A DNA stretch of 63,101 bases, the filler included, from Sphacelaria rigidula (lineage: Eukaryota): the NCBI GenBank assembly GCA_964200075.2. It is 8 parts of 8 records of this genome, joined end to end, with 100 filler letters (N's around TTAATTAATTAA, not from the genome) between each part and the next. Parts side by side here need not be neighbours in the genome. Positions count along the whole stretch, not along the records: positions 55,303 to 63,101 come from CAXNAA020013422.1; 7 more parts are not named here. One strand, given 5' to 3'. The notes under the pieces are model-generated. The model was not told the origin of the DNA. It made no database searches and saw only the letters and a program-made list of their open reading frames with translations. Both the position numbers and the translations under genes were made by a program. Shown here one piece after another: positions 55,501 through 63,101 of the stretch (position 1 is the stretch's first letter; the number at the start of each line of letters is the position of its first letter).

Positions 55501-58500
55501 GGAGGCAGAAACATCTGAGCCATTTGGCTTCGTTTCCCATCAAAAGTGACCCAAACTATATCGCTTAAACCTGGCAATATTGAACCTCCTTTTCGACAAA
55601 AAGTTAGAATAAAATACAATGAAGATCATCTATAGCTCAGTCACGTTCAGGTTCAGATATTGCCCATGTTTGCGTATTGAGAAAATCACCACATGGTTGA
55701 CAATCTCAGCGTCGAACATCCTACGTTTCGACTAATGCGCTTGACGAGTGCTTACAGGTAAAACAATGTATGATGGGTTAATGTTCCAAAGTGCTGGGAA
55801 AAAAAATATAACGAAATACCGAAATACCCCCAAGACTCATGGTTTGGTATTCAGAACTTTTGTGTACGTAGCTAGGCTGCAGTACCGTACTCAACGATAC
55901 AACATGGTGGGAAGGAGTGTAGACAAAAGCCTTCAAATACGCAGTGGGATGTTCCGAAGTTGAGGTCATGCAATACGCAGCACTTTTTTTTTTCTTTTTC
56001 ATTTTTTTCTTCACGGCAGAGCGCGCATCAGCAGGGTCGTCGCCTGCACTTCACAGCGATGTACTTGACATGAGGTTAATGTGGGAAACTGTTATCGTGC
56101 GCTAGAGAAATGTGAGCTTCTAGGCTGGTCCACCTCGTGGCCATAGCGAAGCGATCGAGTCCCAGCACCTCCGTATAAGGGCATGTGTTGTACACGCACT
56201 CATGCAGCGCACCAAGTTTGCAAGGTTCGGAATAAACCATTAGTGATCATACTACAGGGCACATCCTGTGGTATCGCATTATCCTACCGCCCGCAATGAA
56301 CTCGTCGCCAGACGTGGAAAACGCCGGAATGATTTTTACCGCAAGTGCATGTTGTTCCACCAAACATGAAAACATGTCAATTTCCCCCCTTTCAATAGTT
56401 CGCAACTTCAACTGACGGAACGAGGCGAACAAGCCCCGCCATCGCCGACGCACACGCGGCGATGTTCCGAACTGGCTCAAACGACCTTCCCACCTCCGTG
56501 ACACGGCTCGAGTGAAACACGTGGCGTCCTCCTACCCGACAGCGACGGCAACGCTCAACTCTACTGTACACCAGAAACACGAATCTGCCGTGGATGGGGG
56601 GTCGCTGAAGCAGTACTCGTATGACACCCCCCCCTGGACGCACGGGTGATGATATTCTCGATCTTGACTTGTTCCGAAAGTGACGACGAGCCTGTGCTCG
56701 GGCGATGGTATCAACGACGCAACATTCGGTAGCCGATTTCTCCCAATACTGTTTGGGGTTACAGGAAGTGCAATGCGGCGATTGTTGATTTATCATCGCA
56801 AGTCAACTGTTGTAATCTCGCCACTTATCCCGCCATGGTCGCCCTATAAAAACCTACCCAGGGCAGACGAAGGGAAACACTTGCCAGCGTAGGGGAAACT
56901 CGAGGATGGGGCAAAGAGAAAGGGAGGGCGATACGCCGTATACAACAATTATGCTTTTTTCTTTTACTTTTCTCTGTGCTACAAAACGTATTGTGCACAC
57001 GATACTTTCGGGATTCGGCATGTTCTGTACATCGTCGGAAAGTCCCGGTCCGTCAAATTGTTGTTTCATCATGAGCATCTTCAGTTCATGAACACAACAA
57101 CAGCAGTATAGTGCACCGTCGTAGTAAAGCGAACACGAGTCGACATATTTTTTTGCGCATGGAACCTATCGATCTGATGTCGAGATGTGTAAGATAAGAC
57201 GTTGAAACATGCTTTTTGAGGGGAGCAAAATAATAAACCAGCTTCCCGTGAGTTCAAAGGGCTGCTCTACTCCAGGGGTGTTTCCGACACTACAATGTTA
57301 AACGTTGTGGTCTTCAATCTGGACTCCCGCATCCGTGGATTCTTGATTCATTTGTCGGCAGGGGCTGGCTGTGCGGAGATACACTTGGCTCGAGTTTTGT
57401 GCAAGAGTGGGCACCATAACGACAAAAAAATACAGTATGCACAAGGTTATACTCTGCTCTTTGCTTCTATCCAGAACGTGAGACCCAGCCATATCTGCGC
57501 CGAGGAGCTAATTAATCCTGGTTTTTCTATCCAAAGGATGCTGCTACCGTATGAACGAGGGCCCACCTGACCGTGGGCAGGTCACGAGTACCTGTGCTCA
57601 GGATTGAAATCCTTCAAACCGAAGCACATGCTGTATACGGCGGCGTGAAACGCACGGCAGCTTTCCCGCGGTGTTCAAACATACCGTACAAGTCTGCACT
57701 GCAGAGCCAGGGAAGATTCTGCTGCGTGCTCTGCTCTGAGCAGTGCTGTACGTACTGGGCATAGGTTCTCTGGTACTCATGACACTTCGCGCTGATTGGA
57801 ATGTCGGGCAATCGTGGTGGCGGTGGGAAGCATTGATACTGACTCCGGTGGTGGGCGTACTCACTGCACTACTGTTGTTGTAAGTGATTTCCTTGTGTTC
57901 TTAAACTTTCATTCGACACATACAAGCGCAGTCAGCGCGACGCAAAGGTAAACAAACAATAAAACTCCCACGCCTGTGCGTCTCGGAGGTCCGACTCTAT
58001 CACCTTCTCAGAGATATGTAGCTACGCTGTCGCGGGTTTGTCAGATTCTACACGTGCATCATCCTACTGTACTAGACTGTAACAAAACAACGAAGCAGGT
58101 GACACGGACTTGTACTTTTGACTGTACTGGACAATCTGTAGTGAAGACAGAAAGCCCACATATCGGAGTTCACCAAGAAGTGCCACTGAATGTTTAACTC
58201 ACCTCCTTATTTCCACACGCAAGGGTCTCGCAGAACACGTCGCTGTGAAGCATACACTCTAGTGACCACCTCTTCAAGCTAAGGCTACAACGTTCGAGTC
58301 TCCGTGTTAGCAGTGATGTGTGCAATACATACACAATCCACCCTTCCGTTGAGAGCGACGAACGTTTGGTGATGTATGAGCCATTATCCACTACTCAGAA
58401 TGTGCTTCGTGTGGTTCGTTTCTGTTTTTTTTGCTGCGTCAACGATTTTAGCGTGTCTCATATCTACTACCACAAAATTGACCGATAGTGCACAATGGAC

Positions 58501-58961
58501 GTAACTCTTCTTCACATGGACAGAGTACGAGAGAACGGCACTGTGCAGAAATTCCTAGTTTCTTCGATGCAACTACTTTTGATACAGGCCTTATTTTTCG
58601 GTCGGTGAAAGATACTGTAACAGGATCGGAATCTTGGATCTTGGTCAAATACATCCCCTCAAGTATTCGATCGGGTCTCTGACACCATTACTGTAGCAGA
58701 GGAAACGATGTTTGCCTAACCAGTTGTGCTGTTCAAGATTGGTTGTAAGTGGACACCGCGGTGCATATTTCCAGCGAAGTTTCATAAACATTTACTGATT
58801 TCCAGCTAGCTCAAGCTCAGGGTAAGACAGTTGACCACGGGTTCTGATCACCCCGGACGATTTTTAAACTTAAAACACGAAAATCTGGTAGCTCAGCGCC
58901 TGACCTGGCCTACGTGCTGTACGTTGTCGCGCAAGGTATCACGAGCCGGTCACTACCCAAA

Positions 58962-60453
58962 ATGTTCCGCGATACCCTCTCGATCCTCAATTTCCTTCGC
59001 TACCGCTGTAAATGTGAAAATCGAAGTACTTGTGCTGCTACAACACGAGCGAGAAGTACGACTCTCTCCCGTCTGGTCGTAGCCGTCTTAGTCACATGTT
59101 TTCAGTGCCAGTTAGCCGGTGTTTGCGCAGCATCAAGAAACAACAAACTCAACAACAAAGCGTATCTGCATGGCCACAATACTCGAGAAGGGGCTAGTGA
59201 TCCAAGCCACACGTCGAGAGCTGGACGCTATTCTTTTCTTCCCGCATTCGCTGCCTTAGGTGCCGGCGGGCTAGCTAGCCATACCCATCTTTCGAGACCC
59301 AGGAATATCCACGTGGGCCTCCTCCCCAGGATACGCGACTCGTCAACTACTGCTCCTGGCGAGGACTCTTGTAGCAGCAGCAGCAATGGGAGTAACACTC
59401 AGAAACTCGGACGTATCAACCAGCAACTACGGCAGCAGTCTTCCAGCCAGCTTGATCCAGAGTCTGATGCTACATGCTTAGTCGCAGCGAAGGCAGAAAT
59501 AGCTCCCGATTTCAACGCCGGAGACAACGGCAGCAGCGACGGAGATATCATGCAGGAAGGGGAGGAGGGTGACGAGGGTAGGGGATGGTTTGGAAGGGGT
59601 AGGCGGGGTGAGGGCGCCACGAATGGGGAAGGTACGAACAAGAAAGGACTATTTTCGTATGATTGGGAGAACGGGAAAAGGGTCAAGTGGGTCGCCAGCA
59701 AGCAGAGCCAAGTCATTGTGGTGAGTGTCTGAGTGGGAGCCCGTTCAGGTTGAGAGTAGCACCCCGGACAGATCCCGAGTTTCGGAACCTTTTCCGTGTA
59801 ACAATTTCTGGATGCGGGACACAACAACAGAAGTACTCGTACAATACTACGGTAGGGACTACACCCCCCCCGCGCGCGCGCAAGCAGATCGGCAGCGTAT
59901 AAATGCACTTTACCCCACTGCACTGTGACAACTTTCCCACACAATGTTTGCTAGCAGCTAGACAATTTTTCGGCACCCTGGTCTTCCTGTGTGTAGGTTG
60001 GCAGTTTAGCGAGGTCCCGCACGCAAGAGATCACTCATCGCACCAACTGCGGACAGTTGACAGAAAATTCTGCAAGAACTGAAGAAAACTCTGCGAGCTT
60101 GTTTGAGTTCACATACATTACGCTGTGCGTGACTGTGAAGTTCTCGAGGTCGTGCTTGATGAGCGCGCAGCAGGAGTGCAAAAGAGCGAGGCCAATAGCG
60201 TATCATTGTCTAGGGCCTCATTGGAAGATTTTTCCTCCCGTGAGTTTCTCTCAGAGTCCTCAATTATTTATTTCGTGGTTGTTTTTTGTTTCGCCCGTGT
60301 GCATCTGTATTGTCTTCTTATGGGCTCCACTGCTCTGCTCTAGCGGGAGGAGGCAGGGCAGCGCAAGCTGAAGGATTACCTCGCATTACCTCCGACAGAA
60401 TACTCTCTCCTGGATCCCAAGATGATAACTCGCCTCTCCGATGATGAGTTCAG
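58962..60453 (+). CDS. DUF1997-family protein, 3'-incomplete; exons 58962-59720 and 60344-60453
   Basis: Exon 1 has a hydrophobic signal-like segment (LVVAVLVTCFQCQLAGVCAA) and a Ser/Arg-rich region. The splice gives KWVASKQSQVIV|REEAGQRKLKDYLALPPTEYSLLDPKMITRLSDDEFR, matching the DUF1997 start (L.EYL.LP..QYS.LD...I.R.DD..FR). Confidence 0.8.
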
Positions 60454-63101
60454 GTGTGTCCCTCTGGAAGTTGCTGTCAGTGCATTGCCGCACGTCACAG
60501 CGCGGTGGGCTGCGGCACCAGGCATAGACAGTTAAATGCACGAATCGGGGGGCTGTTGGGCCCCGAGAAGTGTACAGGCTATTCGGCAATAGCCTTGAGC
60601 TGTTTTTTTTTGTTTTCGGAACGAAATATGCTCTCTTCTCACCCCGTTGCGCACTGCTCCAACGCGCAACCCCAAAATTAGCGACATGGGCTTGTTGACT
60701 GTGGTTCACGTTGCATGTGGCCGAGGTTTCAGCGCGTTTCGGTGTGAACCGCGCGCATACGGCCGTTCCTCCCGAACTGAGCAGCTCTACGAGCTGGGCC
60801 AGCGTAAAAACGGATTTAACCCTTTCGGACCCCACAATGAAAAATTGATCATTTGCAATTGACGGTTTTTGAGCAAGATATGGTTGATGGTTCACAGCTT
60901 GGACACAACAATTTTGGCCAAACGCGTATTTTTCAGACCCGTACGAGTGACAAGTGGAACAAGAGAAGGTTTCCTATTTTCTGAAAACTATCTCTGTAGA
61001 GCGCGGGGCATGCACAGAACTGCGCTCTGCCAAGTACGTGCCGACAATATCATACTTCGGGCTGACTATTACATAACGGCGAGCGAAAGGCACAGTTGTC
61101 CCACCACATCTATACCGCGGGTTGATCGTTCCCGACCGTTGCATAGACATACTTCATGCCGCATGAGATTCATGACGCCGGCTACCGCTATTGTCTCGTG
61201 CCGTCTACTCTCGTGGCCGACTTTTCACGACATGCCCATATTTATCTTGCACGGAGTGTAGCCGCAAGCAATACTACTGTAACCTACTGTATTTACTGAT
61301 TGTAGTGTTTTTCATCTGGCCTGATTACGGTAGGCGGTGTCCGTCGGCTCCCTCCCGTGTACATGTATATCGCTTGTTCGGACGCCTGCGATTACGCCCG
61401 CCATGTACCACCCGCAAAACCCACTGTGCCTTCCACATGTGGTGACGGGATTTCGCTGGGTTCAACCATACTATGCTGTATGTACGGTGTGGCTCGGCAA
61501 ACTCGCCACCCGATGCTGCAGCCCGTCAAAGCGGTGCTTTCCTCATCTGCAAATGCGGAAATGCTAATATACCGATGTGCCTGATTGGACCCTGGCACCC
61601 ACTGCTGTTTTTTTAATGGAATGCTTCATAGTGGTTCTGCTGATTATTGTCGATGGATACAATTGGACACACTTCATCCGTTGCGTGGTATGATTGGACA
61701 AACCTCACCCAAAAATTTCAGGGAGGACATTCTTCTTCGGTCTTCCATTATAAAAATGGTTGCCGTCGACCTTTTCTGTTTCCATCTTTTCGTCTTCGTC
61801 AGGGCTTCTCATAATAAGGCGTTTGGCCAGGGAACAGGAGGGGAGGGTTCCAGAAGGGTTAACTTCGTTGCTGTTAGACTGTTAGACTTTTGTTGTTGTT
61901 GTAGCTTTAGCTTCATTGTTTGTGGCTACTTTGTTGTTGTTGCCCTCTTCTGTTCTTCGCATAGGCGTAAGGCAACGCGGTACATCACAGTGGTAGGTAA
62001 CAATACACAGCACAACGTACTGTGAGTTTATTTTTCTCCTTTGACCCCCTCTCGAACGAACAATATTTTTCTAAGACGGTTTCGTTGCGATGATTGTCGT
62101 TGAATTTCAAACTTACGTTACGTGCTCATTTGAACAGACAGCACTCGAAACCAGTGCCCTGTGACGTTTTAAAAGACAGCGCTGACTGGTCAGTAGTCTA
62201 GTTGGTTGTCTGTTGAGCCGTCACAGCCCCTTGCCTGCGCACTACAATTTTTCGGCCCCCGCTCTCAGCGTTGCCCCTGTTGTGCACCACGTCACCTTTG
62301 TTCCACATACATACGTTGCCCCAACTCCGTTGGGTAACAAGCCTTTGCTCTGCACTACGCAGTCCGATTTCGAGGTCTACAACCCAAGCTTTGTAAAAGT
62401 TTTTGTGCCACCTCACCCTGCACAAATTTCGTGCGCATCCGAAAAATAAATAAATAAAATAACTATTTTGATTTGCACACCGCCAGTCGTCCCTCAGCTT
62501 GTCCCGGGATAATTTAGTTATCGCCTGCCGTGACGCTACACCCGGAATACGTGTAAGTTTTACGACTTCCACGCACCAACGCTGCTATAGACAATCGGGT
62601 CTTCGCTTTTCTTCGACGACATACGTCTGTTCTGTGCACAATTCCGAGCTCCGTTGATGGCTCATACCGCCACAACTTTAATAAAGTTGTATTAACCAGG
62701 GAGCTGGTTCGTATACGAAAGCTTGGATCGAAGCACATCAAGCTACGGAGTCGTTTGCTGTACTTCCTCTAGAGCTCCCCCAATGCCGACCGAGGACCTC
62801 TAAAAAGTAACCTGTAGTCCATTCGAGCAGTACACTCGCTGATGCTTTTCTCCGAACAGCTGTGGTAGTCGTTCATGAGGGTGCCTGGGGTTGTTTTTGT
62901 TTTTTGTTTTGTTTTTGAGCTGAACCCCTAACATGGTGGCCATACTACTTTCCTTGTGTCACCCGTCTTTTCCTCTTTTTGTCCTGTATTATTTTCTCTC
63001 TTCCTTTCTTTCGGTGTACACTTTTGACAGATCTAGCGTTTGTTGTTTATTTTTTCTTTCTTTCTCTTCTGTCCCCGTTGAACTCGGGGGAGCTACTTCT
63101 C

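Noticed and set aside
62227..62335. Candidate third DUF1997 exon
   Set aside because: The phase fits, but the peptide does not convincingly match the family.

Overview
Eukaryotic, intron-rich, repeat-dense DNA, most likely a brown alga (inferred from exon/intron style and repeat families). The window is not one locus. It is eight contigs of 7801, 7801, 7801, 7800, 7800, 7800, 7799 and 7799 bp, apparently sorted by length and joined by 100-nt N spacers containing TTAATTAATTAA, so nothing should be linked across a gap. I rebuilt six partial spliced genes by hand from GT-AG sites and phase continuity: a SAP-domain protein, a protein with a C-terminal two-component receiver domain, a short unknown gene start, a >1260-aa protein with beta-propeller-like N-terminal exons and an ANKRD11/12-like C-terminus, a 14-3-3, and a DUF1997 protein. 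The rest is mostly mobile DNA: non-LTR retrotransposon remnants whose 3' tails abut oligo(C) tracts, two tRNA-derived SINE families, a decayed Ty3/gypsy pol, and MITEs resembling Harbinger, hAT and Sola2. I see no CRISPR array, rRNA, intact tRNA or multi-gene system. The best leads are the ANKRD11-like domain and the oligo(C)-associated LINE with a structured 3' tail.
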